NCBI GenBank assembly: GCA_963823665.1
Contig: CAWGMQ010000007.1
Coordinates: 608,001-672,000 of the forward strand
Direction of reading: 5' to 3'
DNA length: 64,000 nucleotides
DNA from: an uncultured Planctomycetota bacterium
Lineage (GTDB): Bacteria; Planctomycetota; Planctomycetia; Isosphaerales; Isosphaeraceae
Below the pieces are notes generated by a model, which was not told the DNA's origin, did not search any database, and saw only the letters and a program-made list of their open reading frames with translations. Position 1 is the first letter of the stretch. Every line of letters starts with the position of its first letter. Shown piece after piece: positions 12,238 through 23,069 of this stretch. Position numbers and translations under genes: made by a program.

Positions 12238-12675
12238 ATGTACCGCGCACTGTTGACAAGCGTGTTCGCGCTGGTTCTGATCTCGGCCACTGGCGGCCCT
12301 GACAAGTCCAAAGCATCCACCGAGGCACCCCCCGTGGCCAACCGAGTGTTTGAGCTCCGCACGTACTACACCAACGAAGGAAAGCTCGACGACCTCCACA
12401 AGCGCTTCCGCGACCACACGTGCGCTCTCTTGAAAAAGCACGGCGCCGAGCTGATCGGCTTCTGGACCCCGCTCGACGACGACAAGGGCAAGGGTAGCAA
12501 GCTCGTGTACCTGGTCGCCTTCCCGAGCCGCGAGGCCGCCAAGAAGACCTGGGAAGAATTCGGAAATGACCCTGAGTGGAAAAAGGTCTACGAGGAGAGC
12601 CACAAGAATGGAAAGCTGGTGGACAAGGTCGACTCCGTGTTCATGGAGCCGACCGACTACAGCGAAATGAAGTAA
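12238..12675 (+). CDS. NIPSNAP family protein with signal peptide
   Basis: VFELRTYYTNEGKLDDLHKRFRDHT...LVYLVAFPSREAAKKTWEEF..DPEW. Confidence 0.9.
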   Translation: MYRALLTSVFALVLISATGGPDKSKASTEAPPVANRVFELRTYYTNEGKLDDLHKRFRDHTCALLKKHGAELIGFWTPLDDDKGKGSKLVYLVAFPSREAAKKTWEEFGNDPEWKKVYEESHKNGKLVDKVDSVFMEPTDYSEMK

Positions 12676-12944
12676 GCAGCGGCTACTTATAATATGGGCG
12701 CTATTTGCGGAATCGGCCGGTCATTCCGCAAAGAAAGTCCGGCTGTGTGAACGCAAATCCTTTGCAGCACCGCGAATAGGGCGGCGAAGAAATCGTACAG
12801 ATGAGCCCGTCGATCGCGCGAACTAGCATTCCTCCCCCTCTCGTGGCGGAGGTCCCACCTCCCGGCGGCGGTGCGGGGCTGTCGCAGAGGGAAGGCCTGG
12901 CATCCCAAGTGCGTTCGGATCTCCGGTACTGCTCCAGCGTAAAC

Positions 12945-12990
12945 CCCGCGCCTCCCTTTCCCCCCTTGCAAAGGGGGGGCCAGGGGGGTG
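12945..12990. repeat. Palindromic REP/MITE-like element (CCCCCCTTGCAAAGGGGGG core); related copies at 48975-49022 and 53275-53311
   Basis: The reverse complement aligns over ~45 bp with 48975-49022. Confidence 0.7.
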
Positions 12991-13042
12991 AAGGGCGTCA
13001 CCCACAGTGATCCGCTCGCCGCGCATCAGAACTCACATCAAC

Positions 13043-15105
13043 TCACGGCCCCCGCACATCATGCGGCGGCATCGCTTCCCCCGATGTCGACGAAGTGGCC
13101 CCAGCATCCGGCACCCCCGCGTCCAACCGCGCCCTCTGCTCCCGCTCCCGCGCCTCTTTCTCCGCACGCGACCGAATCCACTCCCGCCGCCTGATCTCCT
13201 TCCACGCGTCCCGCCGCTCGCCTTCCGTCAGCGGTCGTGCTTCCGGCTTGGTCGAATCTCCCGCTCCGCCCGCTTCCGGACCACCCCCCGGAATTGGCTT
13301 CGTTTCCAAAAAAATTGGCTTCGTTTCCGAGTTGTCAAGTCCCGAAGAACCGCCGGAATTCGCCGGAACCTCAATAGTTTCTTCATGTTGTGCTATGCAC
13401 ACGTCATCACAAAAATTGGCTTCGTTCAGCGCTTTTTCAGCGATTTGTACCTCATCGACGCTCCCGGCAACCCCTTCATCGCACCCCCGATCCGCAGCTT
13501 CTGCCAGTTCATCCTGCCTGACTTCACCCACACCACCCGCGTTCAGCTCCGCGTCACAGGTCCCGGCGCCCTCAGATTCAGAGCTCCCCGCTCCAGGACT
13601 CGGCACATCTTCCTCCACCGCAGCCGCAGGCTCGACCTCGCAGTCGCCGCCACCCGCAACGCCGATGTACCTCTCGGGCAGATACCCCCCACACGCAAGA
13701 ACGTCCGATTCCTCAACCACGACCGAATCCCACCCGCGGCGCTTTTCCTTCGAAGTAGCAGGCACACTCCGTGTGCCGTCCGCCGGAGTCTCACGGCCGC
13801 TTTCAACTGCCGCGCCCGAAGTGCCATCCGCGATTGGCCCCCCGCTCCCACACTCACCCGCACCCGCCCCACCCTGCGCGTGTTCGGCGCGGGTCTCACC
13901 ATGTTGGGCGCGGGTCTCCAGACCCCGCCCTCCGCCCGACCGCAGGTCTCCCGCCCCTCCGCCCTCCGCCCTCCGTCCTGCCTTCCGCTCGCCCCCCACG
14001 CTCTCCCTCCACCAAGACGCCGGCCGCCCGTCATAAGGGCTAATATCTTTCCCCGGCACCGGCGGCAATGCCTCCGCATCGCTATCCGCTTTCCTCGCCC
14101 GTTTCTCCCTCCGAACCGCCACGAGTCCCCGCTCCAGCGAGCCCTTGTATTTCACATACTCTCGGCGCAGCGCCACAGCCTTCGGGCTATTCTCGAACGC
14201 CTTGAGCGCCCGTATCCGTACAGCATCCTCCCCGGCATTCTGTTCGTGCTCCGCCGCAAGCGCCCGGATCCGCTCGATCTCGCCCTCCACCATGTCGATC
14301 AAGCTCTGCCTGGCCTTCTCCGGTTCATCTTTGCGTGATAGGTCGCGCCACTTCACCTTGATGGTCTGTATATGGGCCTCGAGCACCGGCTCGCTCATAT
14401 CGCTTTGTAGATCATCAAACGGTTTGCCCACGGGCCGAATCGCGTGACTTGCCGCGAAGACCTCAGCGACCCGCCGGTCTGCGATGCCGTCCACGGGATT
14501 CCGCCCCAGCAGCCGGATCATCCGCAGCCGATCTCCCGCGGCCCAGAAATGCTTCTGCGCGTTCTCCAGCAGTTCTTCCAGCACTCCGAGCATCCAGAAG
14601 CAACCGATCGCGCTCGATTCCAGTTTCCCGACGAGCTTATCGGGCTCGAGCGCGGCGCAGTCTCGCTGCCCCACGACGGTCCCCCCGGTTTCCTGTTGTT
14701 AAAGCGACTCGTGCCATACAACGCCAGCGGAATCCCTCGCGGATCGGAGAACAGCAAGTTCCCCCTGTCGTATGCCTCTTCGATCTCGACGTCCACGGCC
14801 TGATCGATCGCGCTCTGAGCTTGTTCGAAGTACGCGCGCTCCGCACGGTCCATCTCCCCTGCCACGAACAAGTTCGAATGCACCAGAAATTCCTCGGAGT
14901 CGGTCTCAGGCGCATAAGTCCCGGCCCAGCGAAAGAATCGCGATTCATACGCGATACTCTCGTCCCGCCCGAGCTTCTCCTGCTCGGAGCGAATCGTTCG
15001 CTTCCGAGCGTTCATCGCCGAGCGGGCACGCCCGCGCGGCGAAGACGGCCCAGTCGAACGCAAAGCATTCAGCCGATTCGCATTGATTTGTGCGTCAGAG
15101 GCCAT
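13043..15105 (-). CDS. Hypothetical protein of the 'QIxANRxNAxxSTGPxxxxG' family; frameshift near 14685; contains in-frame palindromes
   Basis: MASDAQINANRLNALRSTGPSSPRGRARSAMNARK (ORF 14518..15117) continues across a C homopolymer into ORF 13043..14674; NEANF/TKPI low-complexity motifs. Confidence 0.65.
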
Positions 15106-15612
15106 ATCAGTATACATTCCTATTCAAATAAGCTTGGAAGCCTGGCCCGAAGTCCCGCGACCCCGCGACCGGGTCCTGACGTCAAGCGATCGAATAACGT
15201 TCATCAGAATGTTGACGAGTGGAAAGGCACATCCCGGATGTGGTGAATGGAAGAGATGAGAAAGAACTGCGATTCGAGCCACGGACCAACCAGCATGGTT
15301 GGTTACGCAGGCGAAGGTCAGCTTCGCGACGCGGGCCGGGCCGGCATCACGCCGCACCGCCGGGTAGGGGCCAAGCGACCGAGCCGCCCACAGCGGCGGC
15401 GCTCCCTCCCCACGACGACTGACAACGGCCGACTCGCAATTGATCTCCTATACTATTATGCGCCGATTTGGGCCCGACAAATCTCTAAACCGCACTCTCT
15501 TACGATGGTGTATAAGCGCAACCTCATTCAGCACAAGTGATTGAGATCGGAAGAATTTCACACTGAAATGCCCGTTCAATACGGTTCGAAAAGTCTAGTA
15601 GGGTGGGTGCAA

Positions 15613-17159
15613 CTACCCCTGTGAACATGCAGATTTAATTGTCATAACCTCTTTTGCCGAAAAGGATTGGTAGGTTCGCGCTGGATCAATTCGTCCGGAC
15701 AAGGAGGTCCAATGGTTCTCCCATCCAAACTCGACCCATTCGCGGAGGAGGCAGCTCCGGCGGTCATGGCCCGGATCGCCCTGGATTGGATGATCGAACG
15801 CACTTCGATTGACCCCATTCTTGATGAGGTGTCCGAGGGACAATACACGCGAGAATTTTTGCTCGGTCATTTCGTTCAGGTGATGTGTGATGTCGCCTGC
15901 GGCTTTCGGCGCTCCCCGCGGGAGGCATTCCTGAAGCGCCAACTGCACCTCGTGGCTTCGCTGTCCGCTTTCTACCGCAAGCTGGGTCGGATGGAACCTG
16001 GCGTAGCCGCCGCCATCGTACGAGAGACCGCCAGTCGAGCCCGCGAACTCATCTCCGCTGCTGATTGCCTCCTGCCCGAGCCGATCCCGGGATATACAGC
16101 AAGGATCCTCGACGGCAATATCCTGACAGGGACCGATCATCGCATCAATGAACTGCGCTCGACTCGTTCGGCGGCCCTGCCGGGCATGTCGCTGGCCATT
16201 TACGAGCCGGTCAGTGGCCTGGTGCTCGACCTCATCCTTGAGGAGAACGCCCACACCCAGGAGCGCTCGCTGCTGGATCAGGTGGTCATCGCGCCGGGCC
16301 AGCTCTGGATCATGGATCGTAACTTCTGCGTCCGGAGCTTCGTGTTTCGGATCCTGCGAACCGAAGCGTTCTTCTTGGTCCGCTGGCATTCTTCCACCAT
16401 GCCGTTCCAGGCGATCAAGCCGTTGCGGTCGGTCGGACGCTGCAAGGCCGGCGAGATTCTTGAGCAAGCAATCTGGGTCGATGATCCGGAATGCGAGGGG
16501 CGTCGCTATCGCCTGCGACGGATCGTCTTGAGGTTGGACCAACCCACCCGCGACGGGGAGACCGAGATCATCTTGATAACTAACCTCCCGGACACGGCCT
16601 CGGCGGAGTTGTGCTGCCAGGCCTACTGCGGACGATGGGAAATTGAGAAGCACTTCCAGAAGTTGACCGACCTTCTGCATTGCGAAATCCCCACGCTGGG
16701 ATACCCTCGAGCAGCTCTGTTCGGCTTCTCCATGTCTGTAATTGCCGGAAACGGCTTGGCCGTCTTGAAGGGGAATCTGCGAGCGGTCCACGGCGACGAG
16801 ATGGTCAATGAGGTGTCGAATCACGCCCTGGTCAATGACATCGCCGAGGTTTACCCCGGGATGATGATTGCCGCACCACCGTCGGTTTGGTCGTTTCTGG
16901 ACGGCTGCGTGGCGGGCGAAGTGGCCGGACTGCTCAGCGCCTTGGCCGCCAAGGTGCCCGTGGACCGGATGCTCCGATCGCGACGGGGCCCGAAGAAGCC
17001 CAGGAAGACCAAAAAGACTTCCGGGAGCAGGATTCATCACGTTGCCACCAAGAAGCTCCTGGACAAGTCCCGCGGAGCCCCTGCCGCGGGAACAAAGGGA
17101 TCAAAGCATAGTAGAATCACAGTTTAGCTAATTTCGCATCTGCATGTTCACAGGGGTAG
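15613..17159 (+). mobile_element. Complete IS4-family insertion sequence (1547 bp)
   Basis: Perfect 22-bp TIRs CTACCCCTGTGAACATGCAGAT (15613-15634 and 17138-17159); 10-bp target duplication GTGGGTGCAA (15603-15612 and 17160-17169). Confidence 0.95.
15712..17127 (+). CDS. IS4-family DDE transposase
   Basis: RILDGN (D), IMDRNF (D) and YCGRWEIEKHF (YREK signature); AGGAGG RBS before ATG 15712. Confidence 0.92.
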   Translation: MVLPSKLDPFAEEAAPAVMARIALDWMIERTSIDPILDEVSEGQYTREFLLGHFVQVMCDVACGFRRSPREAFLKRQLHLVASLSAFYRKLGRMEPGVAAAIVRETASRARELISAADCLLPEPIPGYTARILDGNILTGTDHRINELRSTRSAALPGMSLAIYEPVSGLVLDLILEENAHTQERSLLDQVVIAPGQLWIMDRNFCVRSFVFRILRTEAFFLVRWHSSTMPFQAIKPLRSVGRCKAGEILEQAIWVDDPECEGRRYRLRRIVLRLDQPTRDGETEIILITNLPDTASAELCCQAYCGRWEIEKHFQKLTDLLHCEIPTLGYPRAALFGFSMSVIAGNGLAVLKGNLRAVHGDEMVNEVSNHALVNDIAEVYPGMMIAAPPSVWSFLDGCVAGEVAGLLSALAAKVPVDRMLRSRRGPKKPRKTKKTSGSRIHHVATKKLLDKSRGAPAAGTKGSKHSRITV

Positions 17160-17700
17160 GTGGGTGCAACCCTCCGACCGTGATGCGACATCGAGTGGCG
17201 GGTTGCACCGACTCGGCGGAGTGGTGGTCGGGCTTCAGCCTGACGACCCGGCCCGATAGCTCTTCTCATCCGTTGCACTTTCTTGCACTCCATTGCACTA
17301 ATCTCGAAGAATTCTCGTTCCTCCCACTCGCGGTTCTGAGCCCAGGCCAAGGGTTTGCGTCGCACATTCGCAGCCAGCGCCAGCGAAAGCGCCCATCAGC
17401 TCCACAGGACCAACCATGTCACCCCAATGCTCCGCGCGTTATATGTCGTGCTCATTGTTGTGCACATTTGCCAATCGGCCTGAACTGCCCGATTCGAGTA
17501 GCGACCGGCCCAGTGGCGCGAAAGATGGGAAAGCCGTCCAACGCGAGAAGCATTCCGCCCGCCGCGCGTGTTTCTTCTTCGTGACCTTGGTCTTCCTTCT
17601 GTTCAAACTCCCTTCTTCGGCGTATCTGCGGTTCGACGTCCCCCGCCATGTCAAACGGCAGCGTGGCCGCGCTCCGCAAGCTGCAAATAAGCAGAGGTGG

Positions 17701-17727
17701 ATGGGACAAAATGGGACAAAATGGGAC
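17701..17727. repeat. Tandem decamer ATGGGACAAA, about 2.7 copies
   Basis: atgggacaaa atgggacaaa atgggac. Confidence 0.85.
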
Positions 17728-18372
17728 GATTACCCTGAAAAAAGTCTCATTTTGCTCGCTGTCATGAACGCCGGGCGACGGCTGGTTGGAAGGCCCTGAA
17801 GCAGCATATAAATCCTGAGAGGCAAAGAGTATAACGCGACGAGTCCCGCTCCACGATTCCCCGGCCCGACAGGTGAAAACTCACCTTCACCGCGGTCCAG
17901 ACCCGTCCCACGCTCGCGCAGCACAAAACTCGACAGCTTTTCGCCGCGCACCGTTCCCCCTTTCCGGCGCAATCCGGCCCAATTTTTCCGACTCCATGCC
18001 ATGGGCCTGGTCAGGCCGAGCTGAGATACTCGAGCAGGTGCTCGAGCAAACGAAGGAGTCATTCTCAGTTCCAGAGACGTGGCTGCCCCTCGCGCCGACT
18101 CCAGTGTCGGCGATCGAGATGCCGCTACATATAATATGCGACGGTTTTCCCGGAATTAGCCATTTCGTCGATTAGAAATCCTGGAATTTTTTTCACGTCG
18201 CAACGGTCATAACGACGAACTCGATAAAAAACCCAAATTTGCGCACGCCGCGGCCAAGAACGAGGAAAATACACTCGACGCGATTCCCGCATCGAGGCTG
18301 CCCGTTCAGTCCGTGAGCCTCTAAGACCGCCGCCACACTGGACGCGCGCATCGAGCTCCCGGTTGGCGAGGA

Positions 18373-18520
18373 CGTAGCCCGGCGTGTCACCGCCGGGAGC
18401 AGACCAATGCCACCCAAACAACCCGAGCCCCGCAAGGGGCGACATCGTATAGCCCGGCGTGTCAACGCCGGGGAAACAACCGACGAATCCAAACCACCCG
18501 AGCCCCGAATCGGGCGACAC
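18373..18520. repeat. BIME-like tandem of two ~75-bp units with alternating palindromes
   Basis: TAGCCCGGCGTGTCAMCGCCGGG followed by ACCCGAGCCCCG....GGGCGACA, present twice. Confidence 0.75.
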
Positions 18521-18854
18521 CCGAAACCCTAACGTTTTAACGCCCGCGGAGCTCGCCCCAAAGGGATGTGAGCCGATTTCATGGAACGTTTTCTTGGAAC
18601 CGCTTCGCAGCGAGTACCACATTCGGGACACTTCGTGATGGCCATCTGTGCGGAGGCGATCACACCCATCTGCCGTGCCTGGATCTCACGACTAAGTTGT
18701 TGCCGAGCGTCCCATGAGAGGCAGCAAAAGCTGACGTGCACCCGTTGGCGGCAGCGTGTGGTGGGGCAGAACAGACCTTGCAATGTCTGTTCCTTTCTTT
18801 ACAACCACAATTGGACCTGGTCAAAGAAGGGGTCTCGACGCTGGGGGATCAACG

Positions 18855-19539
18855 GTGAAACTACTTACGATCAGGCCGAAGATTTCTATCAGGAACCTGA
18901 TGGCTGGCAGTCGCGGTGCTTGCCGTGACTTTGGCGTCCATTCGAGGACTCGAGCCGACGTACGAGCCCCCGCTCACGGATAAAACGCACTTCCTGCTCC
19001 AGGTCGCCACCCTCGGGCCGGACGGCCACGTCGCCGAGCTCAACGGACGTCACCTGGAGAATGCATTCCAGCGGATGACAGAGCCGGCCGTGCTTGACGC
19101 CGCCCTGGCCGACGCGTGGCTTTCCTCGCTCCCGCAACTGAAAAAGGCAGCCGACCCTCGGGTGGAACTGCGTCGAATGATCCACCTCCGCTCCGTTCAA
19201 TCGACTGCCGGGCCCGGTGTCATCGCGCTATCCGTGGCGTCGCCAATCCAGCCAATCCGCGCCGCCAGAGTCGTGGCGTACGCCATCGCGTTCGCGGGAC
19301 CTCCCCGCACCAGCGTGGTCCCCAGGGTCTACCGCTGGGGACCGCTGGATCGCCCATGGAACTTGGCCGCCGCGTGCGTGTTCGGCCTGCTGGCGACGCT
19401 CTTCACTCTGATCTGCCCCTTGTGGCAACGCCGCCCGGAATCCTCCGCCGACCGAGCGCCGGGCCGACGCCCGACCTCGAACGAAAATCGGGCCAACCGG
19501 ACGCCTGACGCGGCACGTTCCGCGATTCGGGCCGAATGA
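18855..19539 (+). CDS. Hypothetical membrane protein with planctomycete-type 'ISIRNLM' N-terminus; probable frameshift near 18903
   Basis: GTG 18855 gives (M)KLLTIRPKISIRNLM, joining by a 1-nt shift to LAVAVLAVTLASI (ORF 18916..19539); C-terminal TM WNLAAACVFGLLATLFTLICPLW. Confidence 0.5.
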
Positions 19540-19737
19540 GCTTCGAGCTTCACCAGCGGTAGTCAGCCCATTTCAGCTCAAGGTTTCAATCTCGAGACTT
19601 TGACTCGCGCACCACCGTCAAGCTCCGTCAGCGTCCGCAGCAAGGCGTACTCGAACTCGTAAAGCTCGAGGTCCTATTTCGCCGTCAAGACCCGGGTCGA
19701 GCCCATCGCCATATCCTGAAAACGGTCGGCAGTGACG

Positions 19738-20181
19738 CTATTGGTTGGCATGTTCTTTCAAGTTGAAAAACCCGCGTCCTAAGTTGTCGAATTTGTCGCT
19801 TTTATTGATCGATCCATTGAGGGAATGGCCGAATCCGCGTAGCACTTCCTCTGGGATTTCGCCGTCTGAGTAAGACTTTCCTCGGTACTTACAACCGTTC
19901 TTTAACGCCTGCCTTGCGATGTCCATGTAATGCATACCTTTAGGAACCGGGCGCAGGGCCTCTTCCGCATAGTCCAATTGTTCTCGTCGTCGACGCTCAG
20001 GTTCTTCCGCACGCGATGCGATTCCATTCATCTTCGGCGGGTTACTCGTTAAGAAGTCCAAACCCCCTACAGCCTGCAAACTCAACTTGACGTCGTTGGT
20101 CGATAAGTACGCCGCTGCCTTCTTTAATGCTTCTAACGCGGCAAAAAAATCGATGATCCTTTTGTTCGACGACGATGACAT
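19738..20181 (-). CDS. Small protein with a probable HARE-type winged HTH domain
   Basis: AEEALRPVPKGMHYMDIARQALKNG...SLNGSINKSDKFDNLGRGFFNL resembles HARE-HTH; GGAGAGGAGG RBS; AT-richer DNA. Confidence 0.55.
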   Translation of the reverse strand: MSSSSNKRIIDFFAALEALKKAAAYLSTNDVKLSLQAVGGLDFLTSNPPKMNGIASRAEEPERRRREQLDYAEEALRPVPKGMHYMDIARQALKNGCKYRGKSYSDGEIPEEVLRGFGHSLNGSINKSDKFDNLGRGFFNLKEHANQ

Positions 20182-21217
20182 GGGGTGCCTCCTCTCCGGA
20201 CGTTAAACGCGCGCTCTCCATACGGTGTGCGCAGGGCTTGGTTCTCGCACTGGCAGCGGCGGACCCGAACCGGGTCCTACCGTTTTGTACGGCGATTGGA
20301 GACTAATCGCGCGCGACGATTTGTCAACCGTTCGACCGATGGTAATCGATGCGCCGCCAGAATCGGTCGAAAGCCGACGTTATCGGTCGAGTACCGCTAG
20401 AATCGGTCGAACGCCGTCACATTCATCGAACCACTTGCGTGGATATGTGTTTGGCACGAATGGCCAGTATGGTTGAAAGCCGAACATCGTGGAACGAACC
20501 AGACGCGAAGAAAGCCACCAGATTGATTTCGTGATGGCTCTTTCATTTGGTGGGTAGATTTTGGTCAAGGAGTTGGTTCGGACCCGTTAGCATCGCCCCT
20601 GGTGACAGCCACCCGTCCGTTCAATACGCGCCGGAAGAAATGGCCGAAGCATTTTCATTGGCGGGATGCCTAACTAATTGGCCACACGGCCGTTGGCCGC
20701 GTCACAGTTGCGGTTCTTCGGATCAATGATCCGTTCCGTGTCGAGTTTCGTGGAACGCTGATCGAGGAAGGTATCTTTCCGCCGGCCTGATGTGCATCAC
20801 GTTTGTGTGGTTGTGTTCGGGGGGTCGATACCCCAGACAAAATCACGTGCCGCCGGTGTCATCACTTCTCCGAACAGTTACGCATCAACCTGGACACCAG
20901 AGTCGTTCGCCCGATCGGAATGGACGACATTGTTGAACCTGAACCATATTGCATCATCAGCAAGCAACTTTTTATCGATAATCTGAACAATTTCACCGTT
21001 ACACGGAACTCTTGTAAGTTCAACTGACCCTCAAGAGCGAGTGGTATCTACGCGAATCGTTTGTAGATAGACAGATACCATTGTGACTGTCCTTTCAGCG
21101 AAAGTAAGACGATACTCGCCGATTCTAAATCCTCATCCTCGTTGCTCAAGAGAAGCCGCGAAACTCGAGAATGCCGTCGACTACCATCTTTCATCGTGAA
21201 TTCGCACGGGCATTGTT

Positions 21218-21497
21218 CAAGTTTTCGGCTCGAAGCCCTGAGCGAACCGACTGTGTTCAAGCATCAGAACCGTTGATTTCTGCTGTTGCGAAGGCAGGGG
21301 ATCGGGATAGCATCGAACTCCGACCTCGCGCAGCCGCGCCGTCATTTCTTCGGAAAGGCGTGCGCCAGATTGTTCATCTCAAAAATGTCGCACAATCCCT
21401 CCATCGTCGTGGCCCACACGAAGTTCTCTTTCGCTTCGATAATGGATCGAACCCTTTGGGCTTTGCGTGCTGCGTCAGATATGCGTTCGGCAGGCAT
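21218..21497 (-). CDS. Small hypothetical protein (~90 aa if a 1-nt frameshift near 21345 is corrected)
   Basis: GAGGGAG RBS and ATG 21497 just after the upstream stop; MPAERISDAARKAQRVRSIIEAKENFVWATTMEGLCDIF..., then MTARLREVGVRCYPDPLPSQQQ in the next frame. Confidence 0.35.
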
Positions 21498-21507
21498 GTT
21501 AACTCCC

Positions 21508-21999
21508 TCAATGAAACGGAAGTGATTTGATGAAGTCCGAAAGCCGCGCAGCTTCCGCTCCTGTCAGATCCACGGGAAGTGTAATAGCGAGCGGATAGTC
21601 GGGACGAAGCATAAACTGATGAGTTAGCGTTCTGATCCCTCCTTGCTCATTCCCAGCAGGCTCTCTTCTCGCACCAGCGTTGGCAGCGCCAACAGAGGTG
21701 GGTTTGGGTTGTTCGGCCCGGGACTTCGTCTCCGGCTCGGACAGCGTCTTAGGGTCTAAGAGATCGCCGAGTATCCGGAGTCCGCGAGGAGCTTCGAATC
21801 GGGATTTATGGCCGCGACGCCCGGCCGTAAATCTTCCCCAATTCTCCTCTTCAAGTTGTTTCAGAAATTGAATAACTCGTTGACGAACGTTATCGAGATT
21901 GGGCACGTAAGTTAACAATGAATCAACATCAATACTGATTTCCGATTCGCTAAGCTCGGAGAAATGTTTAAGAACGGCCTGAGCAATCGGATCTCTCAT
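21508..21999 (-). CDS. Hypothetical protein (wHTH-like N-part, LRPD...LPxDLTxxEAxRL C-terminus)
   Basis: GGAG RBS and ATG 21999; WGRFTAGRRGHKSRF and FMLRPDYPLAITLPVDLTGAEAARLSDFIKSL motifs. Confidence 0.65.
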   Translation of the reverse strand: MRDPIAQAVLKHFSELSESEISIDVDSLLTYVPNLDNVRQRVIQFLKQLEEENWGRFTAGRRGHKSRFEAPRGLRILGDLLDPKTLSEPETKSRAEQPKPTSVGAANAGARREPAGNEQGGIRTLTHQFMLRPDYPLAITLPVDLTGAEAARLSDFIKSLPFH

Positions 22000-22297
22000 A
22001 TAGGTTCTCCGTATTTTCTTATATGAAGTGGTGAATGCGGCTTTCCTTGTCAATAAAGTTGCCTCAGGTATTATTGATCCAGAAGTTAAGAATGAATCAG
22101 GGCGCCCCCAATTGGTGACCACGGGATTCCAGACACCCATCCTTTTGTCACGGTCCCCCGGGTTCCATTCATTCGCGGCTCGTGCGTTCGGTGCAAAACT
22201 ACGCCTATGGTCATTTCGAACACGCATAAGACGAGGGCTTGCGAAGCATCCCCGATAGGGATAAACTAGGCTGATAATCTAGTTAGGAGATCACGAA

Positions 22298-22543
22298 ATG
22301 GAATCCGTCGGGACGTTCGAAGCCAAGACCCACCTGACTCGCCTGCTTGAGCGCGTCGCGCGGGGGGAGCGGATTGTCATCACCAACCGTGGGAAGCCGG
22401 TGGCGATGCTCGTCCCGCCAGAGGCAACCGGGCGGGCCGACGCGGGGGAGGTCGGCCGCGCGATGCTCGCCTACCGCGACCGCGCCGGACGGCGGCTCGG
22501 CGGGACGTTCCGGGAGTTGGCACACGAGGGGCACCGGTACTGA
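22298..22543 (+). CDS. Phd/YefM family antitoxin
   Basis: VGTFEAKTHLTRLLERVARGERIVITNRGKPVAMLVP. Confidence 0.92.
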   Translation: MESVGTFEAKTHLTRLLERVARGERIVITNRGKPVAMLVPPEATGRADAGEVGRAMLAYRDRAGRRLGGTFRELAHEGHRY

Positions 22544-22561
22544 CGCGGAGGCGGACGAACG

Positions 22562-22996
22562 ATGAGCACGCCCACCGCCACGGACCGGTTCGTCCTCGAC
22601 GGTTCGGTCACGCTCGCGTGGCTCTTCCACGACGAGCAGGATCCGTACGCCGACGCGATCGTGGCCAGGCTCCCTGACATCGAGATGCACGTGCCCCGGC
22701 TCTGGCATCTAGAGGTCGCCAACGTCCTGGTCGTCGGCGAGCGCCGGGGCCGTTGTACGCAGGCCGACACGACGAGCTGGCTCGGCTTCCTCGCCGGGTT
22801 GCCCGTCCTGGTCGACGCAGCGACGGAGGCACAGGCGTGGTCGGTCACGATCAACCTGGCCCGACAGCATGGCCTGACGGAATACGACGCCGCTTACCTG
22901 GAGCTCGCCTTGCGACGGGGGTTGCCCCTGGCGACCCTCGACGCCAAGCTCGAGGCAGTGGCGACGGCTGCCGGGGTGGCGCGCTACCAGCCATGA
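22562..22996 (+). CDS. vapC: PIN-domain (VapC-type) toxin
   Basis: FVLDGSVTLAW..., EVANVL, LTEYDAAYLELA, LATLD. Confidence 0.9.
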   Translation: MSTPTATDRFVLDGSVTLAWLFHDEQDPYADAIVARLPDIEMHVPRLWHLEVANVLVVGERRGRCTQADTTSWLGFLAGLPVLVDAATEAQAWSVTINLARQHGLTEYDAAYLELALRRGLPLATLDAKLEAVATAAGVARYQP

Positions 22997-23069
22997 AAGG
23001 GAAAAGGTGCCAGAAAGGGAAAAGGAAAGGGAAAAGGTGCCAGGAACCAATTCGCCCGGACGAGAACGG
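22996..23069 (+). repeat. Partial copy (left end) of the GGAAAAGGTGCCAGGAACC element, with stuttered end
   Basis: aaagggaaaaggtgccag-aaagggaaaagg-aaagggaaaaggtgccaggaaccaattcgcccggacgagaacgg. Confidence 0.85.

Noticed and set aside
18373..18520. CRISPR array (also considered for 7677-7826 and 23555-23604)
   Set aside because: Only two units, degenerate repeats, no unique spacer series and no cas genes.
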